From positions 1 through 64,000 of the IMG/VR virus record IMGVR_UViG_3300040809_000188: a stretch of 64,000 bases of DNA; one strand, given 5' to 3'. The translations under genes and the position numbers were made by a program. Below, in pieces: positions 55,981 through 64,000 of this stretch; the stretch's first letter is position 1, and every line of letters starts with the position of its first letter. This stretch comes from a virus. The notes beneath the pieces are model-generated. The model saw nothing but the letters and a program-made list of their open reading frames with translations, did no database searches and was not told the DNA's origin.

Positions 55981-56044
55981 CATATATCTCTCCAGTTGCT
56001 ATAAAGTATATGTAAGTTAGTTAGTGATTCGCAAAGAGAGAGAG
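55977..56044 (+). promoter_or_regulatory. Early promoter with conserved leader
   Basis: TTGACA 55977, TGCTATAAA, TGTAAGTTAGTTAGTGATTCGCAAAGAGAGAGAG. Confidence 0.8.
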
Positions 56045-56046
56045 AC

Positions 56047-56301
56047 ATGACAAAAGAAACGATTTTCCTTGACGCTCAAAACGGTGCTGTTGCTGTCTAC
56101 AAAGGTGTAGCAAATCTTGTCGGTCTTGCTAAGAACGGTAAGACACTCAAGTACATCTTTGACACTTACAACATTGACTACATGAATGACACTGTGTTCT
56201 TTCAGAGTAGCATGGACTTTGCTGATGAAAACGGCTTTGCTACCGCTGACGGTGCTGTACAGATTGTCAATGAAATGATCAACGAACTGGAGACTGTATA
56301 A
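56047..56301 (+). CDS. Early hypothetical protein
   Basis: SSMDFADENGF motif. Confidence 0.75.
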   Translation: MTKETIFLDAQNGAVAVYKGVANLVGLAKNGKTLKYIFDTYNIDYMNDTVFFQSSMDFADENGFATADGAVQIVNEMINELETV

Positions 56302-56774
56302 TGACTGCATTTGCTGTGAAAACTTCTGTTCTCGAAAACTATGCGGCTCATGATGATGATTGGGATGGTGTGACTACTCGCTGGAAAGCAAAGCCTGGCT
56401 CTACTTACATTGTTGAGACTGCTTGTATGCCAGATGTTCGTGAGGTTATGTCTCTCATCTGTGAAGAGAACAATGCTCTGATTGAGCGTATTGAGTCGAT
56501 TGATATGGTAGAAGATTCTAATCATGAATCTGAGTTTGTCAAATCACAGAAAGAGTATGATCCTGATGGCTGGGATACTCTCTATCTTGATCCTGTCATT
56601 CGCCGTGGTAAGAATGCTCATTGGTTCATGAAGCGTGGTTACATTGCTGGAACTCGCTTGAAGCATGAAGAAAAATATGCTCATCTCGCAGGCAAGTTCG
56701 TAGGTTGGGTTGACAATCTGAATACTGGCAAGTGTGTCGTCAAGATTGAGGGCGACACTAGGGAGACATTATAA
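56301..56774 (+). CDS. Early hypothetical protein
   Basis: ENYAAHD...WKAKPGSTY. Confidence 0.75.
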   Translation: MTAFAVKTSVLENYAAHDDDWDGVTTRWKAKPGSTYIVETACMPDVREVMSLICEENNALIERIESIDMVEDSNHESEFVKSQKEYDPDGWDTLYLDPVIRRGKNAHWFMKRGYIAGTRLKHEEKYAHLAGKFVGWVDNLNTGKCVVKIEGDTRETL

Positions 56775-56944
56775 TGAATGGTGATATTGGTTTAGCATGG
56801 GAGTTGTTACAGCCCTTGATAATCATGAGTGTAACAATCGGTGTGGTGCTTGCAGTTCTGTTTGGTTTTATCAGAATTGGTTTCAAGTTAGCACCATGGA
56901 TTGTGGTAGCGGCACTAGCAGTTTGGTTTTTTGGAGGCGTCTAA
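56774..56944 (+). CDS. 56-aa two-TM membrane protein
   Basis: Manual translation; GGGAG RBS; TAATG overlaps. Confidence 0.65.
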   Translation: MNGDIGLAWELLQPLIIMSVTIGVVLAVLFGFIRIGFKLAPWIVVAALAVWFFGGV

Positions 56945-57123
56945 TGGGATACAAAGCAAAAGTTTCTTGGGATGAGTTGAAAACAGAAGGCGTTCTGAAA
57001 GGACTCTATGTTCCCAAATCAATCAAGTGTGTCTCTTTGAAAGAGGCTTTTACACTTGCTTCAGAGTTGAAGAAAGAAAACGCACAGAGCATTAAGATTG
57101 AGAGGTACAAAAATGCTGTTTAA
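56944..57123 (+). CDS. Hypothetical protein
   Basis: GGAGG RBS; start moved from 56797. Confidence 0.6.
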   Translation: MGYKAKVSWDELKTEGVLKGLYVPKSIKCVSLKEAFTLASELKKENAQSIKIERYKNAV

Positions 57124-57403
57124 ATCATATATCGATTTCGATCCAGTTTGCGATTATCAAGGCTTCACCCTTGGTCGTTTTAGTCATGATGATTCTGATG
57201 GATTTGAAAAGTATGATTACGATGTCTATCAGATTGCAGAGCATATCACCTATGATGATGGTCCTGAGATAGAGACATACTTTCATATCAAATCGTTGGA
57301 TATCAGTCCATACGAAAAATCTGTTGAAACGATTAAAAAAGTCTTTAAAGAGTATATCGATGATTTTCTTAAACTAAATCACGGATTGGAAAAATCTCTA
57401 TGA
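57113..57403 (+). CDS. Hypothetical protein
   Basis: GAGGT RBS. Confidence 0.65.
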   Translation: MLFKSYIDFDPVCDYQGFTLGRFSHDDSDGFEKYDYDVYQIAEHITYDDGPEIETYFHIKSLDISPYEKSVETIKKVFKEYIDDFLKLNHGLEKSL

Positions 57404-57573
57404 TAGAAATAGGACTTCTTTTGTTTATAGCATTGTGTTCATACGCATCCTATAAGCATGGTTTCAATGATGGTGTCCTCACTGGAGTTGATGGCACCAT
57501 AAAGCATTTTGCAAGACACGGTCTTTTTTTGAATGATGAAATGAAAAAAGCCCTTGACAAACTAGAGGAATAG
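57400..57573 (+). CDS. 57-aa N-terminal TM protein
   Basis: Manual translation; ATGA overlap. Confidence 0.55.
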   Translation: MIEIGLLLFIALCSYASYKHGFNDGVLTGVDGTIKHFARHGLFLNDEMKKALDKLEE

Positions 57574-57610
57574 TGCTACTAATAGAAGTAAAAAGAAGGA
57601 GTAATTCGTT

Positions 57611-57790
57611 ATGGGAAAAGTAAGTGATCTAATGATCGAAGCGCAAGAGTTTGTTCTAGGATATATGGATAATGAAGGTGCTTTGTTTATAACAGAGCCT
57701 GAACTATATACTCTAGCACATCAGTATCATGGAATCTTCTTTGCTGATTGTGTAAAGCAAGCATATAAGGATATGATGGAAGGTTGGTAA
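57611..57790 (+). CDS. 59-aa protein
   Basis: Promoter TTGACA 57554; AAGGAG RBS. Confidence 0.6.
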   Translation: MGKVSDLMIEAQEFVLGYMDNEGALFITEPELYTLAHQYHGIFFADCVKQAYKDMMEGW

Positions 57791-57791
57791 T

Positions 57792-57986
57792 ATGGAAGGT
57801 GTTGGTGAAGGGCCCTTTAAACAGGGTTTACAATCTGACAAGACTGGTATTCAACGAGAGACTTATTCTCGTATCATTGAACGTGATGGCATGATGTTTG
57901 AAGAACGCTGGACACGACAGTGGTTTGGTGATGGAAACTATGTTGATCATTTCACTTCAATGCCTATTAGTAGGACTTGTTGGTAA
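57792..57986 (+). CDS. Hypothetical protein
   Basis: EGPFK motif. Confidence 0.6.
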   Translation: MEGVGEGPFKQGLQSDKTGIQRETYSRIIERDGMMFEERWTRQWFGDGNYVDHFTSMPISRTCW

Positions 57987-58537
57987 TGAATATTTTCTAT
58001 CTACATGAAGAAGCAAAGACTTGTGCAATGATGCACAATGATAAGCACTGCGTAAAGATGATTGTTGAGTATGCTCAACTACTGTCAACAGCACATCGTG
58101 TTCTTGATGGTGAAGAGTACTATGACAAGACTGCAAACGGTAGACGTATCAAACGCTGGCGTATGAGCAATGCTATCATGGAAAAGGGTTTGATGAAAGC
58201 CTCTCATGTCAATCACCCATCAAACCAGTGGTTGCGTAAATCAAAAGCAAACTATGAATGGTTGTTTGAGATGTGGTGTCATCTACTTGATGAGTATTCT
58301 CATCGGTATGGTAAGATTCACAAATGTATTGAGCGGTATGAGTATCTCAAAAATCCACCAAAGAATATTCCAGTGAAGTCTTTTGAGTTCTCTTACGAAG
58401 ACTTAGCAATGTATGACGATGTGAAGTCAAATGATCCTGTAAAAGCGTATCGTGATTATTACAATAAATACAAAACACATTTTGCGGTGTGGACAAAGCG
58501 TCACATTCCAGAATGGTGGAATCCTGTTTCCGTATAA
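57986..58537 (+). CDS. Pyrimidine-dimer DNA glycosylase (DenV)-like protein
   Basis: MNIFYL...DKHCVKM..E.AQLLSTAH, HVNHP. Confidence 0.8.
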   Translation: MNIFYLHEEAKTCAMMHNDKHCVKMIVEYAQLLSTAHRVLDGEEYYDKTANGRRIKRWRMSNAIMEKGLMKASHVNHPSNQWLRKSKANYEWLFEMWCHLLDEYSHRYGKIHKCIERYEYLKNPPKNIPVKSFEFSYEDLAMYDDVKSNDPVKAYRDYYNKYKTHFAVWTKRHIPEWWNPVSV

Positions 58538-58563
58538 ATACTCGTGAACAGTCAGGAGATATT

Positions 58564-58872
58564 ATGCCTACTTATGATTTTATGAATCGTGATACTGGTG
58601 AGCAATTCACCGAAATAATGAGTAATAGTGAACGAGTGAAGTTTCTGACTGAGAACCCTCACATTCAACAACTTATTACCCAAATGAACATGATTTCTGG
58701 TATACCTAAAAATGACGATGGATGGAAAGAAAATCTATCTCGTATAGCAGAAGCACATCCAACTTCAACTCTAGCAGAACGACACGGTAAACGCTCCTCT
58801 AAAGAAGCGAAGATATCTGGTATTCTGGAGAAGCATGGTGTGAGAAAGGGTAAATATTCAATGGACCTATAA
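58564..58872 (+). CDS. FmdB-like small protein
   Basis: MPTYDF...TGE; late promoter 58533. Confidence 0.7.
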   Translation: MPTYDFMNRDTGEQFTEIMSNSERVKFLTENPHIQQLITQMNMISGIPKNDDGWKENLSRIAEAHPTSTLAERHGKRSSKEAKISGILEKHGVRKGKYSMDL

Positions 58873-58882
58873 AGGAGCGCCC

Positions 58883-59632
58883 ATGCCTGACAGTCTCTCA
58901 CTCGACTACGAAGATAACATTTATCCCATTTCAAAAAGACAGAGAAGACGACTACAAAGAAAGAAACAGCAAAACGGTTTACGATTACAAGATATCGAAC
59001 CTATTACTGATACACAAGAAAAGGTATTTGACTCATATCTAAGCGGTCAAAACATCATGTGTCACGGTGTTGCTGGTACAGGCAAAACATTCATATCATC
59101 CTATCTAGCGATTAGAGACATCATAGATAAGTATGATGATAAAGAAACACTACAGATTGTTCGTAGTGTTGTTCCTACAAGAGACATGGGATTTCTGCCC
59201 GGCTCTCAAAAAGAAAAAACAAAGGTTTATGAAGCACCTTACTATGCAATATTCAGTGAACTGTTTGGTAGAGGTGATGCATACGAAGTACTGAAAGCAA
59301 GAGGTCAAGTCCAGTTTACAACAACTTCTTTTGTAAGAGGCTTGACATTTAACGACAGTATTGTTATAGTAGATGAATGTCAGAACATGACATATCATGA
59401 GTTAGATTCAGTTATTACCAGACTGGGTGATAACTGTCGTGTTATATTTTGTGGAGATTTTAGACAGTCAGATTTCAAATGGGCTGATGAGCGCAAGGGA
59501 ATCATGGACTTCATGAAGATTATAAATAGCATGAAATCATTCGACTTTGTGGAGTTCCACAAGGAAGATATTGTTCGTAGTGAACTGGTTAAAGAGTACA
59601 TAATAAATAAATTAGAGTTAGGACTACTTTGA
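58883..59632 (+). CDS. phoH: PhoH-like ATPase
   Basis: GVAGTGKT, GFLPG, RGLT, DECQN, GD..QSD, DIVRS. Confidence 0.95.
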   Translation: MPDSLSLDYEDNIYPISKRQRRRLQRKKQQNGLRLQDIEPITDTQEKVFDSYLSGQNIMCHGVAGTGKTFISSYLAIRDIIDKYDDKETLQIVRSVVPTRDMGFLPGSQKEKTKVYEAPYYAIFSELFGRGDAYEVLKARGQVQFTTTSFVRGLTFNDSIVIVDECQNMTYHELDSVITRLGDNCRVIFCGDFRQSDFKWADERKGIMDFMKIINSMKSFDFVEFHKEDIVRSELVKEYIINKLELGLL

Positions 59633-59647
59633 AATGGAGAATAGATA

Positions 59648-60292
59648 ATGAGTTTTGGACCGCATATTGATCATTATATTGGGGTTTATGACAACGTATT
59701 TTCTGAACAGGAATGTAAATCGATAATTGAAAAGTTTGAGCATATTAATGGTGTTAGTGGTTATATAAACAATCCACAACATGATTATGCTAAACAAAGT
59801 GGTGACACTCAGTTTAATGAGGGTAAACTAGGTAGAAGTGATACTTCTCTATTTTTTGAAGAAGTGTCACAACAATATTCAAAGTGGATTCACGAGGGAA
59901 TCGTGAAGTGTGTTGATGAATACAAGAAGACTTACTTGGGTCTAGATGGATTACCTCTTGTATCAACAACATGTAAAATTCAAAGAACTGGATATGCTGG
60001 TGGTTATCATGTATGGCACTCTGAACATGGTGGCGATGAAACCTCTATGAGAAGAGTTCTAGTTTGGATGCTGTACTTAACAACACATGAAGAGAGTGGT
60101 GAAACTGAGTTTCTTCAACAGGGTATTAGAATTAAACCTCAGGCTGGAAGAGTTGTAATCTGGCCAGCATCGTTTACTCATCCTCATCGTGGAAATCCAG
60201 TGTATGATCACCATAAATATATTGCTACTGGTTGGTTTAATCATTACTACAATATAAATAGAGTTGATGCACAAACCCCAACAAGTCCATAA
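59648..60292 (+). CDS. 2OG-Fe(II) oxygenase
   Basis: YHVWHSE, WMLYL, GETEF, THPHRG, KYIATGW. Confidence 0.88.
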   Translation: MSFGPHIDHYIGVYDNVFSEQECKSIIEKFEHINGVSGYINNPQHDYAKQSGDTQFNEGKLGRSDTSLFFEEVSQQYSKWIHEGIVKCVDEYKKTYLGLDGLPLVSTTCKIQRTGYAGGYHVWHSEHGGDETSMRRVLVWMLYLTTHEESGETEFLQQGIRIKPQAGRVVIWPASFTHPHRGNPVYDHHKYIATGWFNHYYNINRVDAQTPTSP

Positions 60293-60326
60293 CTGTGGAT
60301 TCGGGGAGATAGCCAAGGAGTAATTA

Positions 60327-60746
60327 ATGGCACAATATGCAGTTTTAGATGACAACAACAAAGTCATAAACATCGTGGAGTCGGATGCTGACAATGCGGA
60401 AGAGTCTTGGATTCTTTTGGACTATTCTGAACAAGAAGCCATAAGAGATGCGGCTACGACTCTTGAAGAAGCGGCTAATGCACATTTTGAAGTTGCAACT
60501 ATTGGGTCTACATACAATCCTGATGATGAAACGTGGTCAGCACCAGTTGCTACCGCTGATGAAAATAAACTACAAGCGCAAATATCATTAGTTAGTACTG
60601 ATTGGACACAACTTCCTGATTGCGGATTGACTGATGCATGTGTCGCTTTGTTTGCAACATATAGAGCATCTCTAAGAACGATCAGACAAAGTGACGTTGA
60701 TGAAAACGTAACTTGGCCGGAAAAACCAGCAGAGGAGTGGGCATAA
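60327..60746 (+). CDS. Tail-fibre assembly chaperone-like protein
   Basis: TDWTQLPD...YRASLR...WPEKP; late promoter 60253. Confidence 0.7.
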   Translation: MAQYAVLDDNNKVINIVESDADNAEESWILLDYSEQEAIRDAATTLEEAANAHFEVATIGSTYNPDDETWSAPVATADENKLQAQISLVSTDWTQLPDCGLTDACVALFATYRASLRTIRQSDVDENVTWPEKPAEEWA

Positions 60747-60747
60747 A

Positions 60748-61386
60748 ATGGCTTACATTATAGGAAACACAACTGTTATTACAAATAATGCGGCACTAGG
60801 TTCTGTCAGTGGTAACAGTCTTAATCTTGCGAACAATAACAACATTCCAGCAGGCGGTGCTACAATCAATCGCTTTACAAGTACAACCAACACATCAGTC
60901 GCAGGCTCAACAAATGGTTTTGTTATAGCACAAGCCGGCGGCGGCGGTGGCGGCTGGAATCAAAACTCGTATGGTGAGGGACCCGGCGGAAGTGGCTGGG
61001 GAGCGGCTGGTGCTGGTGGTATTGCTGTTGGTGATGTTTCTGGTGGGGGTAACGCTACTTTCACAGTCGGTGCTGGCGGACAGAGAGCAAACTCTCGAAA
61101 TGCTAGAGGCCAGTCTGGTGGAGCATCAAACTTCTCATACAACTTCAACATGCAATGTAATGGTGGAGGTGGTGGAGCGGCGGGTCAGAACGTCTATGGA
61201 CCTGGTAGTCCACCATCTGGCGCTGGTTTTGGTGGTACAAGAATGGAAACAACTAGTGGAAATTCTGGCCAAGCAAATGCTCAGAACTCAAACATTTTTG
61301 ATGGTTTTGGGAGAGGTGGTCGAGATGGTGGTATCCAAACGCAACCTCAGGCCGGTCAAGCAGGCATTATGTTTATGGTAGGATAA
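60748..61386 (+). CDS. Glycine-rich short fibre/adhesin-like protein
   Basis: GGGGGG, TVGAGG, GGxS motifs. Confidence 0.7.
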   Translation: MAYIIGNTTVITNNAALGSVSGNSLNLANNNNIPAGGATINRFTSTTNTSVAGSTNGFVIAQAGGGGGGWNQNSYGEGPGGSGWGAAGAGGIAVGDVSGGGNATFTVGAGGQRANSRNARGQSGGASNFSYNFNMQCNGGGGGAAGQNVYGPGSPPSGAGFGGTRMETTSGNSGQANAQNSNIFDGFGRGGRDGGIQTQPQAGQAGIMFMVG

Positions 61387-61922
61387 TGTTCAAAAATTTG
61401 ATAAAGGCTCCTAGAGTCATAAAGTATGATGATAGAGATGGTGAAAGAACTGGTTATAATAAAAACTTTGGAATGTTTCAAGAAGAAATTATTCCAAGAG
61501 TTTTGCCTACCTTTCGCTGGTTAAGAGGTATTATTGATATCCATAACACCGCAGGTCTTTTTGATAATGCAGAAGATGATCCATATAGAAATGGCGTTGA
61601 CTACCATGCAACATGGGAAGACGCCTTTCTCTTCCAAGGATATGAGAACGGAGAAAAATCATTTCTGACAGCACTCGTTTGTCAGAACATCGATGCTCAT
61701 GGCTTCATCACCACAACAACAAATCATTGGCCTGAAAAGAAGAATCCAAAACTAGGAAAGAATGAAGTAATCGTTAGATTGCAGTTCAAAGGACAAGAAT
61801 GCATTCCAAGTCTTGACATTCAGGGAAATCCTGTTATAATAGGTAAAACTCATCCTAGACTGTATTTACCTAGAGAAGTGCAAAAACTGTTAGATAATGT
61901 CTTTGGATATGATTTAGATTGA
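61386..61922 (+). CDS. Hypothetical protein
   Basis: TAATG overlap. Confidence 0.65.
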   Translation: MFKNLIKAPRVIKYDDRDGERTGYNKNFGMFQEEIIPRVLPTFRWLRGIIDIHNTAGLFDNAEDDPYRNGVDYHATWEDAFLFQGYENGEKSFLTALVCQNIDAHGFITTTTNHWPEKKNPKLGKNEVIVRLQFKGQECIPSLDIQGNPVIIGKTHPRLYLPREVQKLLDNVFGYDLD

Positions 61923-61940
61923 TAACAAAGCAGATATATT

Positions 61941-62687
61941 ATGAAAATTCTTTTGACTACGCCGAACGAGATAATGAAGGAACGTCTTCATGAGTTCTTT
62001 GATCCAGCCTTAAAAAATCTTCCAGATTGGTACAAAAATCTTTCAGACAAGAAGTTATCAACAGTAAACAAATGTCCAGCATTCATATGGACGTTTAAGA
62101 CTAGTTATTTGATCAGAACACCATGTGATATTATGATTAAAAAAACTGGTGATCAGATTTTATTTGAACCTTTAAATCGTGCTGTAATGAAAATAGATTT
62201 TCATGATATTGAATATCAAATGAGTAAGGAACAATATGGTGATTACTTTGCAGTAAAAGTTGAATATAGAATGTCTATTAAAACTTCAGAACCAGTTAAG
62301 GCGTTATTCTTATCACCATTTCAGATGTATCCAGAGAACAATAAACTTTTTACATCTGCTTCTGGTGTTATACCTTATGTTCACAAAAATACACCACTAA
62401 ACATATTTCTATTCTTTCATAAGCAAACTATTATTGATCTTCTTCAAAAGTATGATAATGAGTTTGTTATATACAAAGGTACACCAATAGCACTGTTGTA
62501 CTTTCCAACCGAAACTTTACCAAAAATAGAAGTGAAGATCGGAGATCACGGTGAAAATATGCTTCATGAAGAGCATCTTACATTAAAGGAGCCTAGCATA
62601 AAACATTTATCTAGATACTTTGATAAATGGAAAGAAAGAAATGTATTAGGAAAACTGATTTGGAGATATTTACTATGGCGCAGATAA
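61941..62687 (+). CDS. Hypothetical beta-rich protein (P.WYK...CP family)
   Basis: LPDWYK, KCPA, KGTPIA; very AT-rich. Confidence 0.65.
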   Translation: MKILLTTPNEIMKERLHEFFDPALKNLPDWYKNLSDKKLSTVNKCPAFIWTFKTSYLIRTPCDIMIKKTGDQILFEPLNRAVMKIDFHDIEYQMSKEQYGDYFAVKVEYRMSIKTSEPVKALFLSPFQMYPENNKLFTSASGVIPYVHKNTPLNIFLFFHKQTIIDLLQKYDNEFVIYKGTPIALLYFPTETLPKIEVKIGDHGENMLHEEHLTLKEPSIKHLSRYFDKWKERNVLGKLIWRYLLWRR

Positions 62688-63274
62688 ATGCACTTTTTCC
62701 TACACCACTGTATACAGAACAACTTGAAGTTAGACAAGATGAGGTAGATTTCATCGATGGACTTGAGTACAATGATGATGGTAGAATTACTAAGAACGCC
62801 TACATTTTGAATCTACCTGAACTAAAGACATTGAGAGATGAGATAGATTCACACGTTAAAAACTTCTTTTTTGAGATATATAAACCAAGGACTGAAGTAG
62901 ATATTTACATAACACAGTCTTGGGGATCAAAGTGTAAGGTTGGTTCTGGACATCACACACATTCTCATTCAAATAGTATCTTTAGTGGAGTGTATTATCC
63001 ATGCGCTGATGCTGAAGTAGATGAGATTGGATTTGCTAGAAATCGGCATGTACCATGGAAAGTATATAGTGATGAGTATACTATTTGGAATAGTGAAACA
63101 TGGTCATTTCCTGTTGGTACAGGAACACTGATTATCTTTCCTAGTCATCTTTATCACTACGTTAATCATGTTAGTCCAAGTGTAAACAGAGATGTTAGAA
63201 TGAGTCTAGCATTCAATACCTTCCTAAAGGGTAGAATTGGTGATTATGAAGGACTAGTAGAGTTGGATTTGTGA
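62675..63274 (+). CDS. Putative 2OG-Fe(II) oxygenase (TIGR02466-like)
   Basis: LFPTP, HSHSNS..SGVYY, FPSHLYHYV, RMSLAFN. Confidence 0.85.
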   Translation: MAQINALFPTPLYTEQLEVRQDEVDFIDGLEYNDDGRITKNAYILNLPELKTLRDEIDSHVKNFFFEIYKPRTEVDIYITQSWGSKCKVGSGHHTHSHSNSIFSGVYYPCADAEVDEIGFARNRHVPWKVYSDEYTIWNSETWSFPVGTGTLIIFPSHLYHYVNHVSPSVNRDVRMSLAFNTFLKGRIGDYEGLVELDL

Positions 63275-63966
63275 TGTTCAATCATATGAACGTAGAAATA
63301 CCAGAAATCAAAACAGAGACAATCAACGGTGGGCGTTATTATGTAACGCCTACTGGAGAAAAATATCCATCTATTACAACAGTTCTGTCAATACTCTCCA
63401 AGAAAGCAATCATGGAGTGGCGTAAACGTGTAGGCGCAGAAGAAGCAAATAAAATCTCCACACAAGCGGCTCGTAGAGGCACCAATGTTCATCAGATGTG
63501 TGAGGATTATCTTAACAATAAAACTTACATAACAGAGAAAACAATGCCAGTTGACAAAGAAATGTTTGCAACTTTGAAGCCGATTTTAGATGAACGCATA
63601 AATAATATACATACTCAAGAGGCGACACTTTATTCTGATTATCTTGGTGTTGCTGGAAGAGTTGACTGTATCGCAGAGTTTGATGGTCGACTGTCTGTAA
63701 TAGACTTCAAAACCTCTCGCAAACTAAAGAAGAAAGAGTGGATTTCAAATTACTTTCAACAAGCATCTGCGTATTGTGTAATGTACGAAGAACGTACAGG
63801 AATACCTATAGACCAGATTGTCATTCTCATAGCAGTAGATGACGAACAACCACAGGTATTCATAGAAAAAAGAGACAATCACATACATGACTGTATAGAA
63901 ACGATTGCTCTTTATAAGGAACAATACAATGAAAAAACTACTAATCGCAATGGGGGTGCTTCTTAG
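63274..63966 (+). CDS. PD-(D/E)XK (Cas4-like) phage exonuclease
   Basis: YPSITTVL, GT.VH, AGRVD, IDFKTS, Q..AY. Confidence 0.9.
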   Translation: MFNHMNVEIPEIKTETINGGRYYVTPTGEKYPSITTVLSILSKKAIMEWRKRVGAEEANKISTQAARRGTNVHQMCEDYLNNKTYITEKTMPVDKEMFATLKPILDERINNIHTQEATLYSDYLGVAGRVDCIAEFDGRLSVIDFKTSRKLKKKEWISNYFQQASAYCVMYEERTGIPIDQIVILIAVDDEQPQVFIEKRDNHIHDCIETIALYKEQYNEKTTNRNGGAS

Positions 63967-64000
63967 TTTTACAGTTACAGCGAATGCTAAACCAGAATGG
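63929..64000 (+). CDS. Start of exported protein (truncated by window edge)
   Basis: MKKLLIAMGVLLSFTVTANAKPEW signal peptide. Confidence 0.55.
   Translation, partial: MKKLLIAMGVLLSFTVTANAKPEW

Noticed and set aside
924-56044. Repeated leader motif as CRISPR or att-type repeats
   Set aside because: Copies are dispersed, short and tied to promoters and RBSs; no regular repeat-spacer array.
457-61151. All minus-strand and nested alternative-frame ORFs in the track
   Set aside because: They are shadows of well-supported + strand genes, with no RBS, promoters or recognisable motifs.
63274-63966. Cas4-like nuclease as evidence of CRISPR-Cas
   Set aside because: Common stand-alone exonuclease of T4-like marine phages; no array or other cas genes in the window.

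Overview
64-kb, AT-rich segment of a large lytic T4-like (Kyanoviridae/pelagimyophage-type) marine myophage. Every credible gene is on the + strand. It carries the replication core (gp45, gp44, gp62, regA, gp43, uvsX, gp41, gp61, rnh), nucleotide metabolism (thyX, class II nrdJ, glutaredoxin, MazG-like, HAD nucleotidase), auxiliary genes (pstS, phoH, hsp20, cobS plus vWA partner, about 8 2OG-Fe(II) oxygenases, a glycosylation island), a nuclease-Dam methylase pair, a late virion/lysis block and 6 tRNAs. Several signals suggest an alphaproteobacterial host (inference). The most striking signals are non-coding. (1) A family of early sigma70 promoters shares a leader containing GTGATTCGCAA (a GANTC site matching the GcrA-type motif) and a GAGAGAGGT ribosome-binding site. 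(2) A structured intergenic RNA at about 23010-23185 has a 22-nt hairpin loop that is the reverse complement of those leaders, so it is a candidate phage-encoded multi-target antisense sRNA that shuts off the early regulon. Also present: a textbook H-type pseudoknot RNA after the tRNA cluster, a second promoter-driven stem-loop ncRNA, a ROSE-like thermometer with an RpoH-type promoter on hsp20, and modular late proteins that look like protease-processed polyproteins. All calls are by-eye motif recognition. No database searches or folding programs were run.
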